Positions 49,857-62,761 of a DNA stretch of 64,000 nt are shown piece by piece; position 1 is the first letter of the stretch; every line of letters begins with the position of its first letter. A model generated the notes under the pieces. It was not told the DNA's origin, searched no databases, and saw only the letters and a program-made list of their open reading frames with translations. The position numbers were made by a program, and so were the translations under genes. Origin of the DNA: Mustelus asterias (taxonomy: Eukaryota); the NCBI RefSeq assembly GCF_964213995.1, contig NW_027590172.1, positions 62,001 to 126,000 of the forward strand, read 5' to 3'.

Positions 49857-50443
49857 GGGTGGCACAGTGGTTAGTACTGCTGCCTCACAACACTAGAGAC
49901 TCGGGTTCTATACTGGCTTAGAATCCCTACAGTTCTGAAGGAGGCCATTCAGCCCATCGCTTCTGCACCAACTATAATCCCACCCAGGCCCTATCGCTGT
50001 AACACCACATATTTACTCTGTTAGTCCCCCTGACACTATGAGACAACTTACCATAGCCAATCAATTTAACCCGCACATCTTTGGACTGTGGGAGGAAACC
50101 GGAGGAAACCCACGCAGATAGAGAGAGAACATGTAAACTCCACACACACTCGAGGCCGGAATTGAACCTGGGTCCCTGGCGCTGTGAGGCAGCAGTGCTA
50201 ACCACTGTGCCACCGTGCCGCCCCTTGGGTCACTATCTGTGCAGAGTTTGCACTTTCACCCCGTATCTGTGTGGGTTTTCTCCCACAGTCTGAAAGATGT
50301 GCTGGTTAGGTGCATTGGCCATGCTAAATTCTCCCTCAGTGTACCCGAGCACGCACCGGAATGTGGCGACTAGGGGATTCTCACAGTAACTTCATTGCAG
50401 TGTTAAAGTTAGCCTACTTGTGACACTAATAAATAAACTTTAA
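49857..50443. mobile_element. Plus-strand V-SINE (49857-49917 + 50225-50443) with an HE1 SINE (-, 49918-50224) nested inside
   Basis: The head ends ...CTGGCTT and resumes TTGGGTCAC after the insert. Confidence 0.85.
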
Positions 50444-50459
50444 AGCAGCCTTTCAGTCA

Positions 50460-51200
50460 TGCATTCATCCCTCCGATCTAATCTGTCCTATACCTATTAG
50501 CGGGCACTCAGGTAATAATTCAGAGATTATAACCATTGAGGTTCTGCTTCTGGTGCCCAAGTCCTCACATCGACACCGAAAACCTCCTTCTTTGTCTCTG
50601 TTGTTTGTACCTACATTGACGATGACAACTGAAAACTTCCCCTCCCCAATGCAAGTTCCTCTCCAGCCCTGATCAGATGTCCTGAACCCCGGCCCCAGAC
50701 AGGCACCACAGCTGCCTTGATTCACATTCTTTGCTGCAGAGAATGTGCCAATCCCTTTGACTGTACTGTCCCCCATTATCACTGCATTCCTTTTCACTTC
50801 CCTCACCAGAATGGTTTCCTTACCACAGTGCCATGGTCAATTGGCTCATCCATCCTGCAGCTCCCATTCATCCAAACAAGCTGAAAATACCTCAAACTGG
50901 CTGGACAATGGTAAAGGCTAAGGCTCCTGTCTGTGAGTTCCCTTATCTGTCTCACTCAGTCACTCTCCAGTTCCTGACCACTGACCAAATCAGCAGACCC
51001 TGTGCCAAGAGGTGTGACTGCTCCCTGATACAAAGAATCCAGGTAACCTTCCCCCTCCCTGATGCATTGCAGTGTCTGTAGTTCAGCCTCCAGCTCATAA
51101 ACTCTGAACCAGAGCTGCTCGAATTTCACTTACTGCAGACATGTTTGCCCTGGATCAAACTGACAGCCACGAGCTCCCACACGCTGCAGCTGTGACACAT
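50460..51200 (-). mobile_element. CR1 ORF1 fragment (esterase domain and N-terminal region)
   Basis: AVIMGDSTVKG..VVIVNVGTNN SGNH-esterase motifs. Confidence 0.7.
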
Positions 51201-51565
51201 CTTTAATGTGTGCGAATAAACTATTTAATTATTTTATCCAATTACATATTTTGTTTTTGTTTTAAGTATTTTAGTTTTTAAGTATTTTATTAATCTTACC
51301 ACCAGTTGCTGTACTGTTTTAATCTTTAAGCATAGAATAAACCGTAGTCACTTAGCAGATACTCACCAAAAATCTAGCTTCTTCTCCTGTGGAAGAGTAA
51401 GATCACTTCCTGAAGGCTGAGAATATTAGAAAGCAAAAGGGCACCTCTTTCCCTTCCTTCCCTAACTCCCTTAATTACCCAACTCTCAGCACTCTATTCT
51501 AAGCTGCACTCAAGTGATGCCAGTTCAGAGCTGTTTCTGAGCTGCAGATTCAATATAGTACTCAC

Positions 51566-51719
51566 TTGCAGACATGGACATCAAGGCCTGTATGGGTCTC
51601 GAGGCCATCATGCACACCATCATGATAGGGAGGATGGAGATGGTGTTGCCAGCCATGTACATGGTGAACAGATTCATGGGCAGCTGTTTCAATGGGCCCA
51701 AGGCAATGTCCCAGCAGCG
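51566..51719 (-). pseudogene. EMC4: EMC4 exon 3 (154 nt)
   Basis: [51 protein letters not shown], bounded by TTTTCAG and GTGAGT. Confidence 0.92.
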
Positions 51720-51935
51720 CTGAAAACAGAAAGTGAGCAGGGTATCAGTGAAGGGGGCCGGTTAGGGGAGGCCATATACTGATCTTATACCCGGGCCTGG
51801 AAGTTAGGATGATGATTAACACAACAAGTCCCTTTATCACGCAGGCTGCTGTGGTTCACCAAGGTACTTCACCACCATGGACAAACCAGGGGCGTTGTCA
51901 GCCACACACTAAAGACACATTCAAATCCAACTTAC

Positions 51936-52047
51936 TTTCTCAACCAGGATCCGGTCTGTTTCTTGGACGCAGATGTCCGGTAGCTGTTTGTCTGAATATG
52001 CGACTGGGTACATGGAGTCTCTCTGGCCACAATGTTAATCACAGCTC
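51936..52047 (-). pseudogene. EMC4: EMC4 exon 2 (112 nt) with in-frame TAA
   Basis: (R)[36 protein letters not shown]; TAA at 52035-52037; CAG/GTAAG splice sites. Confidence 0.88.
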
Positions 52048-52691
52048 CTGTGAGAAACAGAAAACACAAATTGGTCACCCTTTCAAGACCTTCTTTAAAG
52101 AGGGAGTCTCTCTGTTGAGGACCCTAACGTGGTGGCAATCGTGCCAGCATGAACTAAAGCTTGGGCAAACATCAGACACACACTGCCATTGCGTATACCA
52201 AAGTGCCAGGGGAACGGAGGGCTGCAGAAGTGGATTATTGTCAATCAGGGTGCCAATCCACTTGCCCTCCATTGAGGGACAAAGTGACAAATCACCAGAT
52301 GTACCAAATTGTATCTTGAAAACAAACACTGCGGGACATTGAGAGAGATCCAGTTCAGCACCCGGCCCTGGAAACGAGCAATCGTTCCCCCAACCACCAC
52401 CGCAGTTGGCACCTGATCAGGTGGAGGGGCTGAAACCAAAAGGGCATCTCAGGGTCATGACCTGGGGAAATGATGCCAAGTGGGGTCTGAGTGATTTCTG
52501 GAGGATTTGAGGGGCTGCTTTGTGCTGAGGAGCTGGGTGAGGGGTAAAAGAGGCGTGAAAAATCCGGGGTTAGGAAGTTTTGGGTTGGTCCACATCCCCG
52601 GGTCAGTGTGCGGTGGCCTCCCCTCAGGAGAGACGGGCTGACCCGGCTTGCCTCCTACTCGAGCCCCCGGCTTCCCGCGCGGCCTCCGCAC

Positions 52692-52771
52692 CTGCTGCTG
52701 CCACTCAGGTTAAGCTCGAAGGTCCACTTGTGCCAGCGCGCGTCGTTGACAAGCCCCGCCCCTGCCGCCAT
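52692..52771 (-). pseudogene. EMC4: EMC4 coding exon 1
   Basis: MAAGAGLVNDARWHKWTFELNLSGSS(R); donor GTGCGG; phase fits exon 2. Confidence 0.8.
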
Positions 52772-52990
52772 GACAACGCCGCCGACCGTTAACCGTCCCC
52801 CCTTTTCAAATCTGATTCCGATCCGGGGAAGAACCCGCGCGCTTCCGTCAACAAACCACTCCCGCTGCAATGCGTATGTGCGGTCGCAACCTCTTCAGCT
52901 CTTCTTACGCCGCCCATTGCCCCGCCCCCACAACTCCGCCATGTTTATTAGGGGCACATCGGCTCCGACTCGATTCACTCTCCGGCTAAA
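52772..52990. promoter_or_regulatory. CpG-rich EMC4 promoter
   Basis: GC boxes, ETS CTTCCG, YY1-like CCGCCATGTT at ~52937. Confidence 0.6.
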
Positions 52991-53359
52991 TAGAGAGCCT
53001 CTGACCCGCACAAAGATGGACACCACTCAATATCAGAGATTTATAATGTTGCTTCCTTAATTCCCTCACGAAAATGTCTTACACCGTATAAAACATCAAT
53101 AAAACCTAAAGGACCAGATTATCCTTCTCATTCTGCAACCAAAACCAATCCAATGTTAATGGGTTTCTCCACAGATACTGCCAGACCTGCTGATGTTATC
53201 CATCATTTTCTGTTTTTATTTCACATTTCTGCAGTATTTTACATTCTGCCTCGAAGGGTTGATCCTTCAACCAAGTTACAACGGACAGAACAATATAACA
53301 TTGTGGCTTCCTCCAAGTATGAGAACTGAAGGGTGGACAATTTGCATGTATTAGTTCAA

Positions 53360-53655
53360 GTAAAGTTTATATTAGTCACAAGTCGGCTTAGATTAACACT
53401 GCAATGAAGTTACTGTGAAAATCCCCCAGTACTCACAGTCCGGCACCTGTTCGGGTGCACTGAGGGAGAATTTAACATAGCCAATGCACCCTAACCAGCA
53501 TGTCTATCGGACTGTGGGAGGAAACCAGAGCACTCGGAGGAAACCCATGCAGACACGGGGAGAACATGCAGACTGCGCACAAACAGTAACACAAGCTGGG
53601 TATCAAACCCAAGTCCCTGGCGCTGTGAGGCAGTAGCGCTCACCACTGTACCAAG
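53360..53655 (-). mobile_element. V-SINE, GTGACTAAT-tail subfamily
   Basis: Reverse-complement V-domain and tail. Confidence 0.8.
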
Positions 53656-54439
53656 GTTGATTAGAATCACAATATCACTGATGTAACCTAGTGATGCCAA
53701 TGAAATAATGGCAGTGATCTCATTGACGAGACACAGTTTGATATTCAATTAATTTGAAATAAGTCAGCAAACGGAAAGAATACAGGTGTTGAATATAAAT
53801 GAAGAGTTCAGTTTATTTTGCTCACTCTCACGAATCAGGCTGAACCTTCTACTGAGGACATACAAGGAGAAGATTTTGTCTTGTCATCCTGTTACTGACA
53901 TATCAAATAGAGCAGGAAAATACATGGGCATTGAATGGAATCTGACTTCTCCAACTGGAGTCAATGGGAGCTGTCTTGAGAACATTGTCTGGACACTATT
54001 TTCAGTAAAATACTGGAACTCTGCATATCTCCCTGCACAGCACATTTCTCCATTCAGCTTGTTCCATTTTTGTACATGGTTCCCTCTGATTCCTGTCTCT
54101 GTGTCTCTCAGCCCGCAGTAATTTACCGTGCTGTCAGACAGCAGCTCGTGGATGGTTCCTCACTTTTCAAACTGTCGAATGATGCAGAAAATTAAGTCCC
54201 CACACCCTCTGCTCTAAAAACACTTCCATAATTAGGGATGCGGATGAAGAAGTTAGGAGCTTTATCCTGGACTTGATGGTACAGCCCTAAGGAATATGAA
54301 TGAGCTGTGCTCAAAAAACTCTAATTAATGGTAACTGAATCTCCCTCACACTGTGTCATTGTAACTGGCTCCTGTGAGACACGGACACTAAAACTGATTT
54401 ATTTTACATATTCTGATATATCCTGACCATTGATTAACT

Positions 54440-54645
54440 GTAAATAGCTCCTGAACCTTGGGGAGGAAAGTGTGCAGGTGACTTTCTCCCTCTCTGATGC
54501 CCCACAATTTCAGCAGCTCAGACTCCAGCTCAATAACCCTGAGCACAGATTCCGCCAGCTGCAGACACTCGCCACAGATATGATTGTCCAGGTTTGCACA
54601 AACTCTCACATGCTGCAGTTCTGGCACACCACCTGCCCTGTGAAG
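54440..54645 (-). mobile_element. CR1 ORF1 N-terminal fragment
   Basis: HICGECLQL..RVIELESELLKLWGIREGESHL. Confidence 0.65.
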
Positions 54646-54714
54646 AACATCAAACTCCGGTCCAGTTACAGGAGAAATAAAAAAAGGATTAACAACAGCA
54701 TTCAACCCCTGCAG

Positions 54715-55221
54715 TTACACATGAATTCGCTGATGTCTCAGCAGGTTGGATGACCGATTGAATCCCTTCCCACACTCTGAGCAGGTGAACGGCCTCTCCC
54801 CACTATGAGTGTGTTGGTGTGTCTGGAGATTGGATGATTGAGTGAACTGCTTCCCACACACAGAGCACCTGAACATTCTTTCCCCATTGTGAACTCGTTG
54901 GTGTTGAATAAGATGAGATGATTGTCTGAATCTCTTTTCACAGTGAGGACAGCTGAATGGTCTCTTGTCAGTGTGAACAAGCTGGTGTTTCACTAGATCT
55001 GGAGAGGTTTTAAAGCAATCCCCACAGTAAAAGCATTTATATGGTCTCTTGTCACTGTGAACTCTCTGGTGTGACCCTAGGCTGGATGACTTTGTGAATC
55101 CCTTCCCACATGTGGAGCAGATGAACGGTCTCTCTCCAGTGTGAGCACGTCGATGGGTTTCCAGCTGGGATGGGTAACTGAATCCCTTCCCACAGTCCCC
55201 ACATTTCCATGGTTTATCCAT
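54715..55221 (-). CDS. C2H2 ZNF protein, 6 intact fingers
   Basis: 168-aa ORF MDKPWKC..HQRIHV*. Confidence 0.88.
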   Translation of the reverse strand: MDKPWKCGDCGKGFSYPSQLETHRRAHTGERPFICSTCGKGFTKSSSLGSHQRVHSDKRPYKCFYCGDCFKTSPDLVKHQLVHTDKRPFSCPHCEKRFRQSSHLIQHQRVHNGERMFRCSVCGKQFTQSSNLQTHQHTHSGERPFTCSECGKGFNRSSNLLRHQRIHV

Positions 55222-55779
55222 GGTGCCGGTATCCTTGTGTCTCTCCAGATTGGATGATCAGTTGAAGCCTCGTCCAAACATGGAATACGTGTATGGTTTC
55301 TCCCCGCTGGGAATGGTATGATTTTCTTTCAGGCTGTGTAACTGGTTAAAGCTCTTTCCACAGTCAGTTCACTGGAACACTCTCATTCGTGTGTGTGTGT
55401 ATCTCGGTGCTTTTCCAGTCACACTGATGCTTGAACTCTTTCCCCACAGGCAGAACAGAGAAACATTTCTCCTTCCACAGTGAAAGGTTGATGATATTTA
55501 GCTCTTGATTAATTCAGTGACTCTGACTGATCGCAAAGAAATGTTTTTCTGTCTTCAGATCATCTCCTACTAACTCCCTGTAAAAAGAATTGATGGTGTC
55601 AGTGTCACTCAGTCCAGGATAGAAATTCAGAACAGAAATATCTAGTTTCTGTGCAACATTCCCACCCTCTGTTCTTCCAAATATGTGATCCAATTAAACT
55701 AAAATAAGCTAAAAGCAGCAACAAAGTCCTCACAAAAGGAAAGGGAATGTTCTTAACTAAACCAGAATGTTTTTTACAA

Positions 55780-56975
55780 ACACATGAACAAGGAGCTGAA
55801 GTAGGCCATTCAGCCCCTCCACCATTTATTGAGACTGTGGCTGATTTGATGGTAACCTCAAATCTGCAAGATGCTTACCTCTGATAATCTATCACCCCCT
55901 TGCTTACCAAGAATCTATCCACCTCTGCCTTAAAAATATTCAAAGATTCTGCTTCCACTACTTTTTCAGAAAGAGATTTTTAAAGACTCACAACCCTCTG
56001 AGTGAAAGAATTTCTCCTGACCTCTGGTTTAAACGGACGACTCCTTATTTTTAAACAGTGACCCCTAGTTCTAAGTTCTCTCGCAGAAGGAAACAGCCTC
56101 TTCACAACCACCTTGTCAAGACACCTCAGGATCTTATAATGGTTTAGTCAAGTCTCCCCTTGGTATTCTAAACTCCAGTGGATACAAGCCAAGTCTGTTC
56201 AACCTTTCCTTACAAGACAATACACCCATTGCTGCTATTAGTCTGTTAAACCTTCTCTGAACTGCTTCCAACATATTGACATCCTTCCTTTAATAAGGTA
56301 ACCAACACTGTACACAATATTCTAAATGTGGTCTCACCAATGCCCTGCACAACTGAAGCATAACCTGGTTACTTTTGCAATCAACTCCCTCACAATAAAT
56401 GGTAACATGCTATTAGCTTTCCTAATTACTTGCCCTGCTTGTATAAGAGCCTTCTGTGATTCATGCACTGTGACACAAAGGTCTCTCTGCACCTCAGAGC
56501 TCTGCAATCTCTCACCATTTAGATAAGTTTATCTTTTATTCTTCCTGCCAAAGTGGACATTTCACAGTTGCCCAATTCTACTCCATTTACCAGTTTTTTG
56601 CCCACTCACTTATCCGATGTGTATATTTTTGTAGTCTCCTTATGTCATCTTTACGACTTATTTTCCTGCTTATAGTAGATTGGCCATGCTTAGTGTCCAA
56701 AGATGTGTAGGTTAGGTAGACTAACCATGATGAAATGTGTGGCATTATAGGGATAGGGCTGGTGGTGGGCCTGGGTAAGGTGCTCTTTTGGAGAGTCAGG
56801 GCAGACCTTATGGGCCAAATGGCCTCCTTCTCCACTGTACGGATTCAATGCTTCTATGGCTTATCTTGTGTGATCATCAAATTTGGCAATCATTGCTGCA
56901 ATTCCTTCATCAAAGTCATTTCTATATATTGTAAACAGTTCAGTTCCCAGCAGTGATTCCTGTGGCACACCACTT
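55780..56975 (-). mobile_element. CR1 LINE 3' fragment with an HE1 3' half inserted (+, ~56675-56860)
   Basis: Similar to 4210-4876; RRLQKYTHRISEWAKNW. Confidence 0.75.
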
Positions 56976-56989
56976 GCCAAAAGGGCCAC

Positions 56990-57440
56990 CCAGATTTCCC
57001 TCAGTGTACCTGAACAGGTACCGGTGTGTGGCGACTAGGGGATTTTCACAGTAACTTCATTGCAGTGTTAATTTACCCTACTTGCGGCACTAATAAATAA
57101 ACTTTAAACATTAATGATCCACAAACTCCTCTGGGCAGCACAGTGGTTAGCACTGTTGCCTCACAGCGCCAGGGACCCCGGGTGCTTTCCCAGCTTGGGT
57201 CACTGTCTGTGTGGAGTTTGCACGTTCTCCCCGTGTCTGCGTGGGTTTCCTCTGGGTGCTTCTGTTTCCTCCCACAGTCCGAAAGACGTGCTGGTTAGGT
57301 GTATTGGCCATGCTAAATTCTCCCTCAGTGTAACCGAACAAGCGCCGGAGTGTGGCGACTGGAGGATTTTCACAGTAACTTCATTGCAGTGTTAATGTAA
57401 TCCTACTTGTGACACTAATAAATAAACGTTAAAACTTTAT
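56990..57440 (+). mobile_element. Tandem V-SINEs of the GTGACACTAATAAATAAA-tail subfamily (partial 56990-57110, full 57133-57440)
   Basis: V-domain and tails. Confidence 0.85.
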
Positions 57441-57489
57441 ATTGGTTCCTGTGACTCTGCGGGAACTCGGACCTCATTGGAAACAGACA

Positions 57490-57850
57490 CTGAAGCCCCG
57501 CCCTCTATTGCGTCACCAAGGGGGCACGCATGCGCGCCATTCCCCGTTGGAACAAGATGGCGGCTGTTCACTCCGGCTTTGTCCCGGGAAACAGACAGGG
57601 AGCTGCAGACACGGGACCTTCAGGTCAGTATTTTAGGTTTGAGGCTTTCACCACGTGTTTCGAAACATTCCCCGTTCCACGGTTGGCACTATCACTCCCT
57701 CTGGGTCACCATATTCTTACCCGTTTGGAGATACGATTGACAACGAACACTCCGTGGCCATTGCTGCGCATGCTCCGAATACAGAGCGTTATTGCGTTTG
57801 CGCACTGCCCTGGATAGGGGACATCCACCGCCGCGGAGAACTCTGGGTAA
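57490..57850. promoter_or_regulatory. Bidirectional promoter of ZNF pair 4, paralog of 8930-9660
   Basis: CCCGCCC, ATTGCGTCA, ACGCATGCGC, YY1 CAAGATGGCGGC (57553-57564), TGCGCATGC at ~57765, in the same order as in pair 1. Confidence 0.75.
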
Positions 57851-58542
57851 AGTACCCACCATCTACTGTCCAAATTAATTTTTCTGCTATGATGTAGGGA
57901 TTAGGGCGGCGGGGCAAATAAATGAAGTTAGGAACCAAATAATATGTAAATCCAAGTGCACAGATCCTCCATAGAAAGAAGGAAAGTGCGAATTGGTGGA
58001 GAATCAAGAGTTCACAAAGCAGTGGCAAAAACTGCAGAAACCTACCCCTGCAATCACATAGGAACTGACCAAGTGAATCCTATCAGTGAGTAATTGTATG
58101 ACCTCGTGTATGACTTAGATCATATATTTTAGTCATGTTAGCACACTAATAAAACTGAATTACTGGAAACAGGCTGCAGCTCTTTTCATTTTCATATATT
58201 ACAGAATGCAGGTGTCACTGACATTTATTATCATTGCTGAATACTTTTGAGAAGGTGATGACAATCTGTCTTCCCTAACCACAGCAGCCCATGGAGGTTT
58301 CGGATGGTTTCTGGGTCCCCAGAATATTAGCCTGGGCCTTTGGATTACTAGTCCTGTGATATTACCACTGTGTCATCATCTTCCATCACAAAAAATACCC
58401 ATTTTAGCATTTCCTGCTATTGAGGCAATTTTGTATCCAAAATGTAACTTGCTCGTGGATCTCTTGAGATGTGGTGTTTCTGCCCAGTCTGCCATGTGGG
58501 AACACTGTCGATGTGGATAGAATGTTTCCTTGTGTGGGAGAA

Positions 58543-58812
58543 TGGGTGGCACAGTGGTTAGCACTGCTGCCTGACAGCGCCAGAGACCTGGGTTCAATTC
58601 CCGGCTTGGGTCACTGCCTGTTCGGAGTCTGCACGTTCTCCATGGGTTTCCTCCCACAGTCCGAAAGACGTGCTGATTAGGTGCATTGGCCATGCTAACT
58701 TCTCCCTCAGTGTATCCGAACCGTGGTTAGAGTGTGGCGACGCGGGGCTTTTCACAGTAACTTAATTGCAGTGTTAATGTAAGCCTACTTGTGACACTAA
58801 TAAATAAATAAG
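58543..58812 (+). mobile_element. V-SINE, GTGACACTAATAAATAAA-tail subfamily, inserted in a CR1 3' fragment (~58500-59110)
   Basis: Head, V-domain and tail; CR1 text on both sides. Confidence 0.8.
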
Positions 58813-59461
58813 TAGAATCATCCAAAATGAGGGGCCAGAAATGTAAGATAGTCACAGACAAATCCAATAGGGGAAATAAGGAGAAATGTGTTTATCAGAG
58901 CAGCTACAATGTGGAACTCACTACTACAGGAAATAGTTGTGGCAAAAAACCTTTCAAAATGAAACGAGATGAGTGGATAAGAGGGAAAAGAATAGAGCAC
59001 GAAAGTGAAAGACTGAGCTGAGGGAGGTGGAATGGAAGGAGATGCTTGTGGAGTATCAACAACAGCAGAGACTGACTGGGCCAAATGGCCAGTTTCTGTT
59101 CTATATATTCTGTGTAATTCTATATAAACTGTTTCCACAGGATGTTCGAAGAGGAGGATTTACAGATAGGAAAAAAAATAATTTTTAAGATCTTCAGAGT
59201 GACACAATTCATCAGGACCTGAATATCATCGGCTGTTCAATGTGGAAGGAAAAATGCTTTTCTGTTCAAACCTCGGTGTGACTGGAAAAGCACTGAGACA
59301 CACACACATCCGAGTGAGAGTGTTCCAGTGAGCTGACTGTGGAAAGAGCCTGAAAAAAACATCACCCCATTCGCAGCGAGGAGAAACTGTACACGTGTTC
59401 TATGTGTGGTTGAGGCTTCAACTGATCATCCAACCTGGAGAGAGACAATGACACTGGCACC

Positions 59462-59968
59462 ATGGAGAAACCATGGAAATGTGGAGACTGTGGGAAGGGA
59501 TTCAAATACCAATCTCGGCTCGAATATCATCGACACACTCACACTGGGGAGAGACCGTTCCTTTGCTCCATGTGCGGGAAGGGATTCACTCGGTCATCCG
59601 ACCTTCTGAGACACCAAACCACTCACAATGAGGAAAGACCATTCACCTGCTCCACGTGTGAGAAGGCATTCATTCAATCATCCAATCTCAGGATACACCA
59701 GCGAGTTCACACTGGAGAGAGGCCATTCACCTGCTCTGAGTGTGGGAAGGGATTCAGTCAGTCAGCCCACCTGCTGGCACACCAGCGAGTTCACACTGGG
59801 GAAAAGCCGTTCACCTGCTCTGAGTGTGGGAAAGCATTCATCCATTCATCCCACCTGCTGAGACACCAGCGAGTTCACACTGGGGAGAAGTTGTTTAACT
59901 GCTCCATGTGTGGGAAGGGATTCACTCAGTCACCCCACCTGGTGAGACACCAGCGGCTTCACAAATGA
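59462..59968 (+). CDS. C2H2 ZNF protein, 6 intact fingers
   Basis: 168-aa ORF MEKPWKC..HQRLHK*; acceptor TTTCCACAG at ~59140. Confidence 0.88.
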   Translation: MEKPWKCGDCGKGFKYQSRLEYHRHTHTGERPFLCSMCGKGFTRSSDLLRHQTTHNEERPFTCSTCEKAFIQSSNLRIHQRVHTGERPFTCSECGKGFSQSAHLLAHQRVHTGEKPFTCSECGKAFIHSSHLLRHQRVHTGEKLFNCSMCGKGFTQSPHLVRHQRLHK

Positions 59969-60839
59969 CTGCAGGGATTGGATTCTACTGTTAATCACAT
60001 CCAGAACTGAACCATGTTCATTCTGACAGTTAGTGTTTCCTTCTGCTGAAAATAATTTAACTGAAGTTTTATATTCTGGTTATATGTCCAATAAACCAGC
60101 TTTGTTTTGAACCTATTGTTTTAGATTTTTATCTTTCCCACCCAAGTGTTTAACATCACCTGTCTGGGGCTCAAAAAGGACAATCTGGGGGAGGATCGTA
60201 CGGCAGGAACAGAACTTCAGGCTGGACACAGTCCAGGAACACGGTGACCATCCACATTTTGTCCCCGTTGAATAAAATCGAACACAGCGTTTATTCTCCA
60301 TCCAGTTATCTGACGTTTTCTATTAGTCCAGCTTACACTGATCTCCCTGGTAACAGATATTGTGCTTCCTTCCCTCATTTCCAATTAGTTATTATAAAAT
60401 CTGTTTCTTCCAATCTATCTGGAACATCAGGTGGACCTCCCCAAGTGGAATTGAGACAGAGGTGAGATCAGCCATGATCAGATTGAATGGCGGAGCAGGC
60501 TTGAGGGGCTGAATCGCCGACTCCTGTTCCTAGTTCTTATGTTTTTCAGTTAACGATCATCACTGTCCCTGTGAGGGAATGTTGTGAATTTCTATCCTGG
60601 ACTCGCTGTGATGGATTTTGGAAACTCCTTTCAAATGGACTTAGAGGGGGAGGATTTACACATCGTAAACCTAAACTAAGAAAAATATTTGTCTTTGATC
60701 AATCTTTAACTTTGGACATTTTTTTCACAGGACTTCAGAAGCTCAGTGGTGGAAGGCAAAAAACTCAAACAAAACATCACAGCAGCATCTGACGCTATCG
60801 CCTAAATAATTGTAATCTGAATATTATTGTAATTTGAAC

Positions 60840-61463
<624 letters not shown>

Positions 61464-62032
61464 CTGGATTTGCTGTTAATCACACGCAGGACTGAACCGT
61501 TCTCATTGGCACCTGTTTCTGCTGATGTTAATCAGCCCCAGCACAGTTGTACAGCTTATGTTGTGGGTTAAAAGTCAAATAAACCGGCGATGTGTAAAAT
61601 ACGGTTTGATGAATGTTTATAATTTCTCTAACACAGGTTATTTCCTTTTGAAGAGCTCCCCACTCCTCCATCGTCACCTCAACAGCAAGTATGAGGAATC
61701 ATGGAGCTTCTTTGTCACTGAGTCAGGGATTCTGCTGTAATTGCTGCTGTTAATCACATCCGGGACTGAACCATGTTCATTCTGACAGTTGGAATTTGTT
61801 CCTGCTGATATTAATAATCCCTATAACTGGAATGGAGACTGTCAAGTAACTGAGCTTTGTTTAAACCTGTTGTGTATTTTTATCTTTCCCACCTGAGTGT
61901 TTAACAACACAAGGCTGGAGTTCAGAAAGGATAATCTGGGGGAGGATCATATGGCAGGAAGAGAACCTCAGCCTGGACACAGTCCTTCAAGGTCACACTG
62001 AGAGGGACAAACAACACTTTGGTCTTTCTATA

Positions 62033-62345
62033 AGACCATAAGACATAGGAGCAGAATTAGGCCACTCAGCCCATCAAGTCTGCTCTGCCATTCAATCATG
62101 GTTGAAACTTTTCTAATCCCCATTCTCCTGCCTTTTCCCCATAACCCCTGATCCCCTTGTTAATCAAGAATCTATTTATCTCTGTCTTAAAGACACTCAA
62201 TGACTTGGCCTCCACAGCCTTCTGCGGTAAAGAGTTCCACAGATTGACCACTCTCTGGCTGAAGAAATGAGGGGCATGGACAGGGTGCAGAGGGAGCAGC
62301 TGTTCCTCTGAGTTAAATAGTCAGTTACCAGGGGACACAAGATAA
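62033..62345. mobile_element. CR1 3' fragments (62033-62268 -, 62266-62345 +)
   Basis: CTTATGGTCTTAT tail; ATGAGGGGCATGGACAGGGTGCAGAGG also present in 62762-63120. Confidence 0.7.
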
Positions 62346-62460
62346 AAGCACAGTCAAGCTGGAGGGAAACCATGGAAATGTGGGGACTGTGGGAAGTGAT
62401 TCATTTGTTCATTCCACCCCCCCCCTCCCCCCCCCCGGCTGAAGCACAAGTGGGCTCACC
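62346..62460 (+). pseudogene. Short ZNF fragment duplicating 60936-61035
   Basis: AAGCACAGTCAAGCTGG..AAACCATGGAAATGTGGGGACTGTGGGAAG..ATTCATTTGTTCATTC. Confidence 0.75.
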
Positions 62461-62761
62461 CCCCATTTTATCTTTATCTCATCTCTCTTCACTGACAGCT
62501 TGTGGGTTAATCCTGAGGTGCGTGAGAAATGTGTCCAGCCGCTCTCTTCCATGACTCTGAGCTCCTGGACACGGAACAGAAACTCCTTTACAATGTGTTT
62601 TAGAGTCAGGAAGAAGAACAGTGAATAATGGAAACGGGCTGTCAAATCAGAGATTGGTGTAAAACTGGGATCTGTTCCTGACTGAGGAAAATGGCAGGTT
62701 TAAGTTTCAAAATGTTAGTGTAACATTTGTGAATCTACCAATGTCAGGTAATGGTAACAGA

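Noticed and set aside
59966-60060. SECIS element explaining the TGA codons
   Set aside because: No AUGA..AA..GA kink-turn arrangement visible, and one paralog uses TAA.
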